From assembly GCA_031835245.2 (NCBI GenBank), contig JAVKOQ020000078.1, positions 62,001-126,000 on the forward strand: DNA of 64,000 nt. Direction: 5' to 3'. Source of the stretch: Balamuthia mandrillaris (taxonomy: Eukaryota). Of the stretch, positions 37,464 to 51,340 are shown one piece after another (within the stretch, counting starts at the first letter, position 1; each line of letters opens with the position of its first letter). The position numbers and the translations under genes were made by a program. Below the pieces are notes generated by a model. That model made no database searches and had not been told where the DNA came from. It saw nothing but the letters and a program-made list of their open reading frames with translations.

Positions 37464-40456
37464 AAGAACAAACCTGAAGGAAGAACTGTCTTTCAATCGC
37501 AGGAGAAAATGAGTTGTAACGCATTTGGTCATGCATTTCAGTCAGCTTCCATGTGAACGAACGAAACTTTACTTTTCGTTCTCCTTGTAAAGTAGTGTTG
37601 CGTGGCACTATCAGCTCTCTGGTCACGATAAAAACCAGTTATTCTCTTTTGTTTCATTAAAAAAAAAAAAACTAACGTACAGTTTTTCGAGAGCGCCTGT
37701 TGGTTGTTGCAAGATATTCGGTAAAAAGAGAGACTCTAATTCCTGTTTGTTTTGCATCATTCAGTTTTGAGAAACACCAAATGAATAATAAGTAAATAAA
37801 TATTACCCTCGAAAATGCTGTGATAAGTAGGCTGTACATATCTTTTATCAACAATTGCAGCGTTCCAATTAACCGAATACACGTTGGCATAGATTTGGCC
37901 GCTTTGCCAGTTATGTCTATCACTGTTTGAACAGCGCAGAAACAGTAGTCGTTCGCCACTTAAATTAATGAATAGGAAAGAAAGACAGGAGATAAAAAAG
38001 TACCATTCTCAAGGTCGATACCATCAATAGAAATATCTGGCAGTTTTTTGGTAAAGGAGGCTGGCACTCCGTCATCGCTAAGGGCCACTTTACAAAGCAT
38101 ATCCAACAAGGAACATGCAAAGCCCAACCAATAACAACAGTGTTGCGAACTCTCTGTATTTTTCTTTAAAGAATGGAAAAGAAAAGTGAGTTGATGAACA
38201 AATACGGAAGATGAGTGAGAATTGACAACAATGCGAAGGATAAACATACTCTATAATTGCCCTTCAACGAAGCAAGCAACTCGACGGCAATTCCATCACC
38301 TAATAAATGACTGTCATCAGAGCCATTGCTTGATGATGAAGAGCCACCACCTGCAAGCTGCCTTTTCAGTTCGCTTATGTCACGCTTCAAAGACGAAATA
38401 TTTTCCAATCGAATTTGTGAAGTCTCATTTGCTCTGATTGTTTTGTAAACTCATTAACCAACAAAAAAATAAATAAATAAAAAGACAAAGACAAAGAAAA
38501 AAGAAAGAGAAAAAGCAAAAGAAAAAAAGCACACAAACAAACAAAAAAAAAAAAACGAGCAAGCAACACAAAACACAAACGGGACGTACTTCCTAAGCTG
38601 CGTTTTTAATTCTTCATTCTCAGCTTCTATTTTGCTGAGCTTTTTCTGCAACTTTGCCGTCTTGTCATGTCCATCTTCTTCGTCACTTTTCTTTTCATTC
38701 TTCTTATGTTTCTGCTTGCTCTTTTCGCTTTTATCACTATCCCTATCTCCAGAGCGATCTTTACTGTGGCGTCTATCATCGTCCCTACCAGAATGAGCTT
38801 TATCATCGCCATTTTCCCAAGTTGGTATGGCACCTCTTTTAGACGACGATTTATGAGGTTTGTTGGCAGCCTTCCACCCTTTTTCTCTATCTGTTGTTTT
38901 TTCCTCCTCCTCTTCCTCCTCTGCTTCAACAACTGCCGGACGTGAGGACCCTTCTGTATGAGATGAGGCATCGCTATCCCAATGACGAGAAGAGGAAGAA
39001 ATTTGGCTTCCAATGCCGCTTTCTCGGTCGGAAGAGAGTGGCTCAGCTCCACTACGACTGTCGTTCACTTCATCTACATCGCTAAAGTCAGAACCATCTT
39101 CATCGTCGTCTGTATCAAAGTCTGACTGGGTTTCCGTTTCATCGCCAAGGGTTGTGTCGTCCTCTCCATCAGAGATCTCAGCATCAGTGTGAAGCTGATA
39201 GGCCACACCTCCGATGTCCACCGTTGCATGAGAGCTTGTAGTTGCTGCTTGTTGCTGCTGTTTACTAAATAACGGTTTGATGCATACCGGTCATGCTAAG
39301 AGAAACAAAAGAGAGAGAGAGAAGAGAGAATGAGTGAACGAAGGCGAGGAGATACGTACACCACGAGAAGTTTGCCGTCGTATTTGAGCCACCGTGATTT
39401 AATTGTCAGCAACTACAGAAGAGCCAGCTTTGGTCAGCGAACAAACCAAAAGTGCAGAAGAGCAGAAGAACACATCAAGACAGAAAGAAAGTAACAGAAA
39501 AAGAAGGAGCAACAAACCATGTTACCGCCAACAGGTTTAGCAACTGCAGGCGTCGCCGTCTCTCCTTCGCTCTCTTTCTTATTAGAGGAGCGTTTCTTCT
39601 TCTTTGACGTGTCATCCTTGGAAGCTTCTAACAACGGGAATTCCACATTCTCAGCTGGACTCCAAGGAGAGGGCTCCGACGAGGAGGATGGAGAGGAGGC
39701 TGGAGGTCGTGCGTATTTGGCCAGGTCGAAAGAGACGGAGGCCCATGCTTCCTTCTTGCCGCCCTTCCCGCTTTCTTGCTGTATTCGTTTGAGTGGAATA
39801 GCGTGATGAGAAAGGAGAGAAGAGGAAAGGAAGGAGAGAAGAAGAACAAGAAGAAAAGAAGAAAAGAAGAAGAAGAAGAAGAAGAAGAAGAAGAAGAAGA
39901 AGAGAGAGAGAAGGAGAGTTTACTTTATAAACGGTCAAGTCAATGAACTTGGGTTCGAAGCGGTTTTCCTCTGGGTACTTTAGAAGGGTGCTCTTCATAG
40001 CAATGACTTGGTCCCATTCCACCGAGTTATACTGAGCCACCACCTTTTTTTTCCCCAAAAAATAAATGTCAACCTCCGTATTGATCGATACCCCCTATAA
40101 AATAATGCAAAGATGAAAACATCAACAAAAACAGAACGAACCGATTTCGTCTTTCCCTTGTTCGATCCTTTCTTGCCTCTCTTCCATGCCACCCAAAAAT
40201 TCGCCCCGTTGCAATCTCTTCGCAAGCGGTCCAAACCTTTCAACACGATCTCGTACCGGAGAGTCACCGGAAGAGATTTGTTGTTGTTGTTGGCATCGCC
40301 TCCTCCTTCTTTCTTGGGCTTGCTGCTGCTGCTTCTCTTCTTTTTGCTGCTGTCACCGCTTTTGCCTTTGCTGCTGCTTCTGCTGCGGATGCCTTTGCGC
40401 TCGCCCTCTTCTCCGGCGGCCGCCTTCTTGTCCTTCCGCTTGCTCTTCTCCTTCAT
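36743..40456 (-). CDS. NT-C2 (EEIG1/EHBP1-type) domain protein with acidic linker, coiled coil and C-terminal Dilute-like domain
   Basis: N-terminal FWVAWKRGKK..KGKTK, VEWDQVIAMKSTL and FEPKFIDL. C-terminal CCYWL, LCTCGFGFKLKYAISELKTW, ANVLVL and LNIWQIKHLLNSF. Confidence 0.7.
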
Positions 40457-40897
40457 GTCCTCCCTTCTTTTTTTTTTTTCTTTTGCTCGAAAAATTATTC
40501 GCCAATTTGTCGTTTTTCTTGAAATTATTGCGCCAAATAGCTCTTTATAAGGAAAATATACGAAAATAATCAACAAAAGTTGCAATAAAGTGGGGAATTC
40601 TTTACAAAGGGGGAGGAAGAGGGAGAAGCAGGAGGAGAGGCAAGAGAAGGAGGGAGGGGAAGTGGTGGGGGCGGGAGCGGCGGTTGTCCTTGTCCTGATA
40701 GAAGCCACGAGGAAGGCAACCATGCGCATGAAGACGAGGAGGCTGCGCTGCCGTCAAGGAAAGAGGGGAACGTGGATACGGAGGACGGAAATTGGATGTT
40801 GGCCATTACCTGCGGCCATGGTTGTTGTCCCACCAATTGCCTGGCGAAATCAGCTTGTGCTGCTGGTGTTATCATTGCTGCTCTCCTCCGTCTTGCC

Positions 40898-42843
40898 CTA
40901 GGTTTTCTTTTCGCCGTCGTTCCTGCTGATGCTAAAGAAGCTAAGTGCTGCTGATTCGGTGATGTGTGGTTGCAGTTGTTGATCAATTGGAGTGGATAGG
41001 AGTTGAGAGCGTCGTCTCTCCACCTCCCAACGTATGCTAGAAAGGATGCCCTCATAGCCAGCCTCCTCGACACCAACCCCTATCTCTGCTTTCTTCTCGC
41101 CAGTAGCATCAACTACCCGCCACAATCTCAATCTTTTGAGGTTAGCGCGTTGAGACCTGTTGTTTCTGAGGGATGGAGGAGGGGGTGGTGGCAGTTGTGC
41201 TAACGCTGAAGCAGGCCTGAACGAGGAGTTAGTCTTTCTTCTTTTGTTGCTTGTTGGTTCCTGTTCTGCGTCCTCCTCATCCTCTTCTTGTTCTTCGTTA
41301 TGCTTCCTCTTTTCTGTGACGGGTTGTTGTTCTTCGTCGTCGCCAAGTATGATAATCACTTCTTGTTCTTGTTGTCGCCTCCGATAGTTATTGTAAGCGC
41401 TGCTGCCTCCACGAGCGGTGATATCATCGTCCAATCGATTCAGTCCCAAATGACACAGAGAGCGAATGATACGAAAGAAAGGCAACACGCTCCCCGTCAA
41501 CAATCCTCTCCGGAAATGTCGTTTACCAATTCCATAGCCGCTGCTTTCTTCGTACTTTTGCTTCCACAATCCTTTCACCTCTCCTCCCAATAATTGGCTA
41601 TCTTCATCGTCCACATCATCGCTCTCATCATCATCTGCCCTTTTCTTCTGTTTCCGTTTCTTTCTCGGGTCATTCAGCGGTAAGAACGTGTACTTGCTGA
41701 GAAGATAGTCATCGTCGACCTTGCCAGGAACTCTTCCTATGTTCGGTTTGAAGAGGTCCCATTTCTTGCCATCCGCAGTAGGGAGGGCTAAAACGACATC
41801 ACCAGAGAGATTCTGTTTGTAAAAGCCACATTCCGCAATACAGCTGTTGTTGTCTTTGTGTTGGGTGTGGAGGTATCGGTGAAGAGCATCCTCCCAGCTC
41901 AATCCTCTGTCTGTTACCAGACGATAACAGGTCAACGGGCCGGAGGCCGTGTCAATGACGTCTGGTGAGCTTTCGTAGGTGGCCTTCACATCCATTATGG
42001 ACTCACTGTAAACTCCTGCAAGAAATATTAACCGAAAGCGAAAAAGGAAACAGAAGAAGATGAAGAAGAAAGAAAAAAAAAAGAAGAAGAAGGAGGAGGA
42101 GGAGAGAAAGGTGATAAACAGGAAGAAGTAAAGAGGACACCTTTCTTCTTGGCATCTTGAACAAGCTCTAGATAAATACGATAAAAGTTCTCGAACAGCG
42201 CATTCTGGCAGTTGACTTCCAATCCCATTATGCGATTCAGAAATTTCTTTAAAGGCTGTTCCTTCTGGAATAGTCGGATAGATTCAGCTTGATCCGCAAG
42301 GGAGCGCAGGTTTGCCAAAGGTTGGTCGGGTATGCTCGCCTGTCGACACATCTCTTCCAATTCTGATAACGCCTTATTACCATACTCCGTGTTGATGAGG
42401 TATTTACTCAACGAGGAGGAAGCAGCTCCTGCTGCACGTCGATCAGCACTTGTAAGCGCTCCTGTCAGTTTGTTGTTCAGTTTTTTTATTGGATGTTTCC
42501 AACATCTTTTGATAAAAGGGTAAATAAGAATAACAAACCCAAAGAAGCAGCTCGTTGCGCCACTGCAGACGCTAACCGCCATTCTCCTCCTAATTCGGTG
42601 ACAACTAATTTGTAATGTGGTGCTGAATGCTGGTTACTGCGATGAGTGCGGCCAAGTTGTTGCATGGCCTTGTCAGCAGCCCAAGGAAGTTGCACGATGA
42701 TGTGAAGGCGACGGCGTTGGTTGAGACACCCTCTGTCCGCTTGGAGAGATATACCCACAGATCCGGCTTCGCTAATAATTGCTATCATTTTCTCTCCATC
42801 CATGAATGCATCTCTGTGAAAATTGTAAGCGAGTTTTTTCTCT

Positions 42844-42879
<36 letters not shown>

Positions 42880-45601
42880 GCTTTCTCTCTGCAAGAACTG
42901 CTGTACCTTTCTGAGAGATTTTGTACGTTGGGATCTCTTACGCTAACCACAAACCTTTTCAAACGTGCATTCCAAACCATAGCCTTGCGTCTGCCAGTAA
43001 TCTCTGCCACCTTGTCCGAGCCTTTAAGTAAAGTATTAATAAGAAAAAGAAACGATGATAATAATCAAATGTAAGGTACCTCCAAGGTGATGGATCAGCA
43101 AATCCAGAGGATTACAAGGCAATGTGATCTGTTTGGTCTTGCGAAGCAGTTCATCCCTCTTATCTCTCCAAACAGGCATGTCATCTCCGCACGCATTTTC
43201 TACAAGAAACCACTTCTCCAAGAACTTGGAGATATTGTTTGTCATATCGCACAAGCCTTCAAAGGATTTACCTGACTTAGCTTTTTTATCTTTCTTCTTC
43301 TTCGTGCGGGCTTGTTTGGCCTTTAGCTTTCGTTTAGCAAGATCATACTCCAACTGAGCTTCGCCCGTTGAAAACATGCCGATAACAACAGCATGGCTCT
43401 CTGCATAATCCTCAACCATTTTGACCACGTGCTCAACCTTGTAACACAAAGCGAGCAGAATGAAGAACCTTTGATGAGCGGCCCACAGCAATGCTGCATC
43501 CATTCAAGAATCAACATAACAAAACAAAACAACACAGCAAGAGCTGTTGCATACCTTTGCGCCATCGTTGTTCGGGCAATGGTAGGTCAGAATCTTCAAG
43601 AGCTTGCAAGTAAGCTGGAACAAGTTCTTGCCAAAGTCTTAAAAATGTGAAATATTGGCTGTTAGGCTGATTAGAAGAAAGAATTCATGAAGGATGGACA
43701 GACCTCGCAACTTCATCATACTCCACTTTCTCCTCCTCCTTGAGTGGGTATTGAAGAATGTCAAAGTCGACTCCCTTGAAGCTCAGGTGTCGGCTACAAT
43801 ACATGCCTTTGCGCTTCATTTCCATAGCTACCAGTTCCATTGAACCCAATCCTGCCTCGGTCAGCAGCTTTTTGAACTCTTTGAAATCCGAGAAGCCGGT
43901 GTTGGGTCCCCATAGACCCAGACGAGCCATATAACCCATATTTCGCGCTTCGGTAGCTCCAGTGGCGCTAGAATAGACCAGCCTCGCTTTGGATAAGTCT
44001 TTCTGCAACCGGGATACGAGTATTCCCGTTTTGGAGGATTGACCGCTCGACTCTGGCACTAGGTTCTTCGCTCGATGGCCTTCATCTAACACAATAACCC
44101 CTTCGAACTCAGGAGTACTGGGTGCTGCATCCTTGCCCTCGTCATCAGAGGTGCTTTGTGGCTCACGCCTAAGCCAGTCAATGAGCTGTTGATAACTGAA
44201 AAGGCGAACGTGAGGAGATAATTGTAGAGTTATAACGATAAAACGTACCGAGTCTTTTGTTGGCCGATGCTTTTACTGACAAGTTTGCTGTAAGTAAGAA
44301 ACAAAACCCCTTCCTCAAAGGTAAGCTCATCGTAACTAGATGGTACTTCGTGAAGAGGTATGAAGCCCGCCCCAATGTCTTCCATGTCTCTTTTCGCAGC
44401 GTAGAGGAGAGTTGGAGACATGGACATCCATACTGCCTTCCTCCTCCCTCTCAAGTAGTTGTCTACAATGATTGCTGCAATCTCTCTCCCTTTTCCTACT
44501 CCTGTGCCATCGCCTATGAAGTATCCCGCCCTCTCTCCGTCTTCCAGCATCAACTCGTGCCTACTCCCGGCTTGACAAACAGCTTCTAACTGTACAGTAG
44601 ATAGTTTTCCTCTTTCCAAGCATCCGTCTGGCAGCAATGGGATGTAATTGCACTTTGGAGCAATGATTGCAGCCAAGGAGGTTGCCTCCATTAGAAACGC
44701 AGGGTGGGCGATCTCGCCTACTGCTTGCCATTCACCTGCAAATGGATATAAATGGACTGAGTAAATAACATCGGAACAAAAAAGAACAAGAACAGAGACA
44801 TAGCACTTTACCTGGCGTTTGCGGTTTGTAAGATGCGTACAGCTCTGTCTCGACCTCCAACTCTTCGTCAGCTTCTTCTTCGTCTCCAGCTACCTCCTCC
44901 ACTTTATCTTTGTCTTTCGTTTCTTCTTCCTTGGGTTTGGAAATGTCCTCAGGAGCCTCTGCCACTGGAGTTGCTTCATCGGCCCAACTCAAAGAAGGCA
45001 CGTTCCGTTCCGTTTCGTTCGTGGTCTCTTCTGTCGACTCAGCAAATACCTCTTCATCCATTTGGTCCTCTGCTATTTCTTCATCACTGCCCAACCCCAA
45101 TTCAACAGCTCCTTCTTCTGCGAGTGTTTCTCGCGGTTCCTTCTCATCTTCGGACGACAGAGTAGTGGGTTCACCGACAACAACTAAAAGCTCGTCGTCT
45201 TCCTCGTCATCCATGCCGAAGTTTGGGGAAGCTGGAGGAAGATGCACAGTGGAGGCAGCAGCAGCTGGCGGCGAAGAATCCGATGGTTGTGGTTGCTTGG
45301 TCGGCGTGGGTGGCAGCTTCAACAACCTTCTTCTCTCTTCAATGCTCCGCTCCTTTTCTTTCTTGTTGAAGCCCAAAAGTTGAGAGAGAGAAGGCTGTGG
45401 TGGCTCTTGATCTTCCAAACCTGCAACCGGGGCCACGGGCGAGGTAGCAGAGGAAGCAACGAGCGCATGGGCAGTGGGATAATGGCCGCAGTACTCGCAC
45501 CGGTGGCTGTTTTCCTCCTGCGGAAGACAGTAGAGCACGCACTCGCACTCGTTGCACTTGCCCCGTTGCCTACCTTGCCTATCCACCGCGATGGCTGCCA
45601 T
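40898..45601 (-). CDS. Strawberry notch-like SF2 helicase protein, multi-exon
   Basis: Motifs [81 protein letters not shown] and FLNRIMGL. Confidence 0.92.
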
Positions 45602-45753
45602 TCCTCCAAGCTGCTTGCCTGCTTGCTTGCCACTACGTTTCTTGTAGAGCGGCCGCTACGTTTTTTTCTCTCTCTCTCTCGTGAAAATATAACTTTATCA
45701 TTTCTTGGAAAAATTTGAACCAAAAAAAAAAGAACAAAAAAGTGGAGGCTGCG

Positions 45754-47132
45754 ATGGAAGGCGATGAAGAAGTAAACGTGGAGCAGTGGAACTCGGCCAA
45801 CATCGGTTTGCTTCGCTTTTAGGTTTTCGGTTGTGATCATCTTTTTATTTTCTAACATTGTGATTGTTTTTGGATTTCCGAACCAACGCAGAACGGTGGT
45901 ACGAGCCAATCAAAGATTTTACCTTTAAAACAGTGTTTCTTCCGTTGAAGCAGGACTCTGCTGCTGCCCTTTCGAGAGCATGTCTTGTGCGGTTAAGTGG
46001 TGGCACAGAGCAGCAAGTGCTTGAGCATGCACAGGACGGGGAGCTCTTGGAGGAGCTGGAACGTGTGTTGGAGGAGGCCATACGACCCTTTAGAGAAGCC
46101 GGTAATGCCGCCTTTGTGAAGCTTTCTTCTCGCTCTCCAAAGGTTAGTGTTTTCCCTCAAACAAAGAAACATAAGATGCTGTTTCTGTCCTCATTGCTTG
46201 TTCTTCTTTCTTGTGCTTTTGCTCTTGCTTATTTGTTATTTGGTTTTGTTGTTGACAATGTGTTGATGCCTCCCCTTCTTCAGGACGCGACTGTAGCAAG
46301 CGGCAAGACGGACGCTCTGTACCAAGAGATCATCGAACGATTTCAACAAGAAGGAAGAGTGATTGACGACAACGCAAAAGTTTGCGCGCTTTACGAAGCT
46401 CATCTCTCCGCTTTGAAAGGTTCTCTTCTTCTTTCTACGATTGAGAAAAAGCGCTCGCTTTGCTCTTATCTCTGGTGTTATTTGCTCTAAGTTTTTAGCG
46501 GGAAGGAAGCTTTGGAGCTTCTTTCGAGTAGTGGACGTATCCAACAAGACATTCAATTGCTTCTAGATACCAAACACAACGACTTTGACTTGCAAGTTAT
46601 TGTCCGAGAATGGGTAAGCTTTTTTCATCTTTTCTTCTGATTTAACCTTAACTTGCCCATTAAAAAGGTGAATATTCCTATTAGCAACGAGTTCAGAGGC
46701 TTCGTCTACGAGAACCGACTCACTGCCGTTACTCAATACTTTGATATGTGTTATTTTCCAGAACTGAATCAACACGAGACACGAAGAGCTCAAGTATTGC
46801 AGCAGCTAGAAAAGACCTTTACCAAGGCCAAACCTAACATCCCGTTGTCTTCGTACATCATCGACTTTTGTATATCACAACGAAAGGCATCACTGAACGA
46901 AGAAATCAGCAAAGAAGGAGAAGATGACGGTGGTGACAAAGTTTACATCATAGAACTTAATCCTTGGAGCTCTTTCACGGACGCTGGCTTATTCTCATGG
47001 GTTAAGGATGCCCCGCTACTGCGAGGAGAGGAGCAAACGGAGGAGCAGCAAGTTGCGTTCAGAGTCAGAGACCGGCCCATACAAAAAGCGAGATTCGAAG
47101 TGCTGACACCTTGGAAAAAGTATTTCTCTTGA
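45754..47132 (+). CDS. Cdc123/D123-like (R2K clade) ATP-grasp protein
   Basis: Motifs ERWYEPIKDFTFKT, FVKLSSRSPK|D, SSGRIQQD, VREW, EFRGFV, TAVTQYF, IIELNPW and GLFSW. Start is approximate. Confidence 0.85.
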
Positions 47133-47272
47133 ACCGTTCCACTTCCATGTCTTTTCTTCAACCATTTCAGCAAAAAGAGAAAACTACGAGAAAGAGAAAC
47201 AAAAAATAGTATGCCAACATCGGGCGCTTGGATGGTCACTCCTTTCTTTTCGGGTACCGTTTTTTTTTTCCT

Positions 47273-47963
47273 TTATTGCCGAATGTGTAACAGGCTCACC
47301 ATATGTGTCAAGTCTACGGAGCCACGACATTGTGCTTGCGTGCATGTATTTGCTTCTTCTCTGCCCCCTGCAGTTTCTGTTTCTGTTGCGTGTGTTGTTT
47401 GTTGTGGTCGGCAAGGATGTTGTTGCCTTCGTTGCCATTCCTCAAATCCATCCAATGTGCCAGGAACACGCGTCAAGAGGAAAGCTTCAGAGAAGCGCCT
47501 CTTCTTTTTGATTTGTTGCAGTGTGGGCAGCTCATAGCTGTTGTGTCTCACCCGGAGGTGGCCAGCGCTCAAGGAGGAAGCTTCTTCGTGCCGTACGTCC
47601 AACTTTCTCTTCTTCCCCACTTGAGAGACTCTCCGTTTGGGCAAAAAAGAGGCCTGTTGTGCGATGCGATACAACAGTTCTGGTGGCAGAGTGCGTAGGT
47701 GTGTCGTCGTTTCCGTTGCCCACCGTACACTCTCCTTTATGTTTCCTTCTCCTTTTTCTTCTTCTTCTGCTTCATGTTGGTACACGTTTTCGCATTCTGA
47801 AGTTTCCTCAGTCTCTTCTTTGTGCGAGGTGTGCATTTGATGGAAAGCAGCTTTCTCTCTGTTGGTTGGGTTTGCAGCGTTTGCCAGAAAATAAAGAAAA
47901 AGAACAAGATACGAGCAAAATCGTGCCAATTTTTAAACAGGCGGGCAGCGACTTGGTCGTCAT
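47273..47963 (-). CDS. Possible small hypothetical protein with an F-box-like motif
   Basis: 218-codon ORF containing LRTLPPELLYRIA. Exon structure unclear. Confidence 0.3.
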
Positions 47964-48211
47964 GACGATGTCCCAGATCAGGGATACACCTGATACACTT
48001 TTTCCTTACAAAACACATAAATTCCTTACAAGGAAATAGTCTCCTAAATATTATGTAACTAAGGAGGTTACTATGCACACGTCCCCGCTTGTACAACCGA
48101 TCCAGCCCGTCAAAACGACGGTTACCCCAGCAACCATCAAACCTTTTGGGGGATCATCTTGTCATCATTGCCTAAAAAATAGGAATTTTTTGGGAAAGCG
48201 AATGCGCGTGT

Positions 48212-49941
48212 TCATTTTCTGGCGCTGGCAAAGCTGGAAGGTGACATCAATCCCTTCAACGCCTCGTAATTGATCTTGGAAGAAGTCCTCCTCTCAAGCA
48301 CAGAGGCAGCGGCGGCTGCAGCTGTCTTGGCAGGTCGTTGGCGGGTTGGTCCTGTTGCTCGTTTCTTCCTCTGTCAATTATAAAGTTGTGAGCACTTGGG
48401 AGGGTCGCTACAACAAGTAGAAGAGCTTGAAAAAAGAAAAAAAAGCAAAGTAGAAAAAGGTAACTTACTGGAGGCCGTTCCGGTTTGCCATTGGGAAATT
48501 TGATTGCATCTTGCTTTTGTTTTTCTGGATTGTTGCCGTAAGTTATTCCATAACACACACATACTACAACTGGAAACCGGAACGATAGGAAAGCAACAAA
48601 GAAAGAAAATATGAAACAAACCTTCCAATTCCTTCAGATATTCCACATTCAGCTCCTCCCAGATTTGTTTCTTTATGGCCACTTCTTCCTCTGACTTTAC
48701 GATGTAGCCTTCTAGCTCATTATCGTCCAGCTCGGACAGATTACCGGTGTCCTCCTCAAGCAGCTCCCAGTAGAACGGCTGACCTTCTTTCCAAACGGTA
48801 TCTCCTCCTCCATTTGTAGTGCTATGTGTTTGTGTTCGTGCTTGTGATGAGGTTGATGTTGTGGAGGAAGAAGCGGAGGAAGAAGAGCAAGAAATTGATT
48901 CTGTTTGAGAGGAAGAGGCAACGGATTCGCTACCAGCGCTTTCTTCAAGGGAAGAGGCGAGATTAAAGGCATCGCTCATGGTGAGGTTGGATATGACCTT
49001 ATCCACGCTATCCCTCTCTTCCTCCTCTCCCTCGTCATCTGATCTGTTTCGCCTCTTTCTTGCTTTTCTGCTATTTACACTATCACTATTACTGTTTGTG
49101 GTGGTAATGGAGGGCGACCGTTCTGTCTCTGCTACATCTTGTTGAGCCTCGTCTGCTTCCATGTTTTTGAATTCGTTTGTGTTTAGCATAAGTTCCATCT
49201 CCTCTTGCAGCTCTTTGGTGACCACTATCTCATCCGCTTTGTTGCTCGTTTGTACATTATCGCTGTCTTCCACCTCCTTCTCTTTGGCCTTGTCATTCTC
49301 TTCTTGTGTTTGTTTTTCTCGTTCCTCTCGCTGTCCCTGTTTTTGTTTTCTTCGCTCCTCTTTTCGCTTTCGTTTGGCTGCTTTCTGGAGTCCCTCCGTA
49401 TAACAAGGTGGATCCATTTCTTGTTCCAACTCGACCACTTCAAATTCTTCAGGAGTAAGATTGCTGGATGCTGTTCTATCAAACTCGCCCAACCTAGTAA
49501 TGTGTTAATTTTGTTGTTTTTTTGTTTTTTTTTTTGTGTCAGAAAACTTATAAACAGGAAAAGGTAAGGTAAGGTAAACAAGCACCGTTTGCGGAGAGTA
49601 ACATCACAAATGCGTACAATATTCACAACCTCTCCCACTGTCCTTTTGAATCCATGAATCCGCGCCGCAATTATTAGTGCTAAACGAGCAAGAATAAGCA
49701 CAAAGTTAGAAAATCAAGCGAGAAGGGAAAAAAAAGAAACGGTGAAAATGAATGAGTGAAAAAGTAGAAGAACGACACGAGAGAGAACGAGGACTGAGCA
49801 ATAACGAGAAGTTTAAATAGGCGAATGAGAAACCAACCAGCGCCACAAATGCCGGATGGCCGCCTACCCGTGATAATCCAATCGCGCTTCATCCTCTGGA
49901 CCAAGCGCAAAGCTGTATTGGCAACCTGAGAGAAAGAGAGA

Positions 49942-49974
<33 letters not shown>

Positions 49975-51022
49975 TAAGAGTCATATCTCGCTTCTCAACA
50001 CGATAAAGATGTTGAAAGGAAGTAATACATTCTGGAGCTTATCTCCAAATTGCAGCTTCGAAGCAAATCTTTCGATGTAAAGGGAAGGATCGATAGTTGG
50101 CACGCTTAGATTAAGCAAAGCGCAAAAGTTAAGAAAGGTATGACCGAGGGTCGTCACATTTGTGTGCAGTATATCCGCAAAGTCTATCAACATATCTATC
50201 ATAGAAAAGCGAGATAGTGTTAACATTTTCTTACTCTAACCACGAAGAAGAACGGTAGATAGGATACGTGGTGTTTTTTGTCTTCTGCAAACAACGTAGA
50301 GGCAAGCGCACGCCACGTTCTCCGATCTCCTGCCCTTCACAAAGTTGCGTTGTACTGCTAAAGAGAATAAAGGACGGCAGCCTCCACATGAAAGCTGGTA
50401 AGGCCCAGCACAGCTGCCATTTGTTGCACACGTTTCCGTCCTGTTGCACAAAAATAAATGATATCAACGTTTTAGCTTTCCTTGCACACACTTTCTTCTC
50501 TGAGCCAAGGATGAGGGTTACCGTTCTCTATCGTCATCTCTCTGGATTCTCTGGTAAGGCCAGGAACACTGATGACAAACGCAGAGGCTAAGTTCGGGTA
50601 CAAATATAGAACGAGACAAACAAGTACACGTACTTTCCGCCACGAAAAGTGCGTCCAGAAGAGGACACAAACTGGCCATCTGCCGTGGCAGCCCCGCTGG
50701 AGCTTTCAGAAAAGGTTTGATGGTTAACAACTATGTTTTCCGCAATGACCTGCGCACGACATTGTCAGTATTTGTTAAATTCCAATGAGAGAGAGAGAGA
50801 GAGGAGAGAGAGAGAAGAGGGAAGCAAAGGAAGAAAAGTAGAAAGAAGCGAGCAGAAAGCTGAATGAAGAAGCGACGTATGAAGAAGAGCGAGAAGGAGA
50901 GAGAGAGAGAGAGAAGCAACGAAACTAGAAAAACGTACCAAACCACATTTTGTACAGATGATCTGATCCTCGGTTTTGTCCACATAGTCCCCAGTTTTAC
51001 ATACTTTACAGACCAGACTCAT
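48212..51022 (-). CDS. BRF1: TFIIIB 90 kDa subunit Brf1
   Basis: N-terminal Zn ribbon [71 protein letters not shown] and SSKINYEAL. Confidence 0.93.
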
Positions 51023-51340
51023 GGTGGAGCAATGCTCGCCGTCGAGTTCCAATCCAAAGCCCCTCCTCACAAGAGACCGCTACACCTCCGCTACCCCGTT
51101 TTTCTCTGCCGCCTCAAAAAAAAAATTCGGCTTCTCTGTTGTTCCACTTTCTTTTTGTTTCCGTTTTCTTTCTTTTTAAGGTAACAATTCCAGTCGACTT
51201 CCCATAATGATGCGGAAAGCTTGAAAAACCCATAATGCTGCCGGGCTGCCTTCCCAATGAACAGCTGCTGAGAACAAAAAGTGTACGATAGGTGCAGCAT
51301 CGCGTAACACCGAGCAACAGAAGAAGTAGCGACAAGGAGG

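Noticed and set aside
51200..51271. Possible C/D snoRNA: GCTGCCTTCC is antisense to 18S GGAAGGCAGC and is followed by ATGA and CTGA
   Set aside because: Only a 10-nt match, an imperfect box C, no room for C', and it lies in a divergent promoter. It could be chance.
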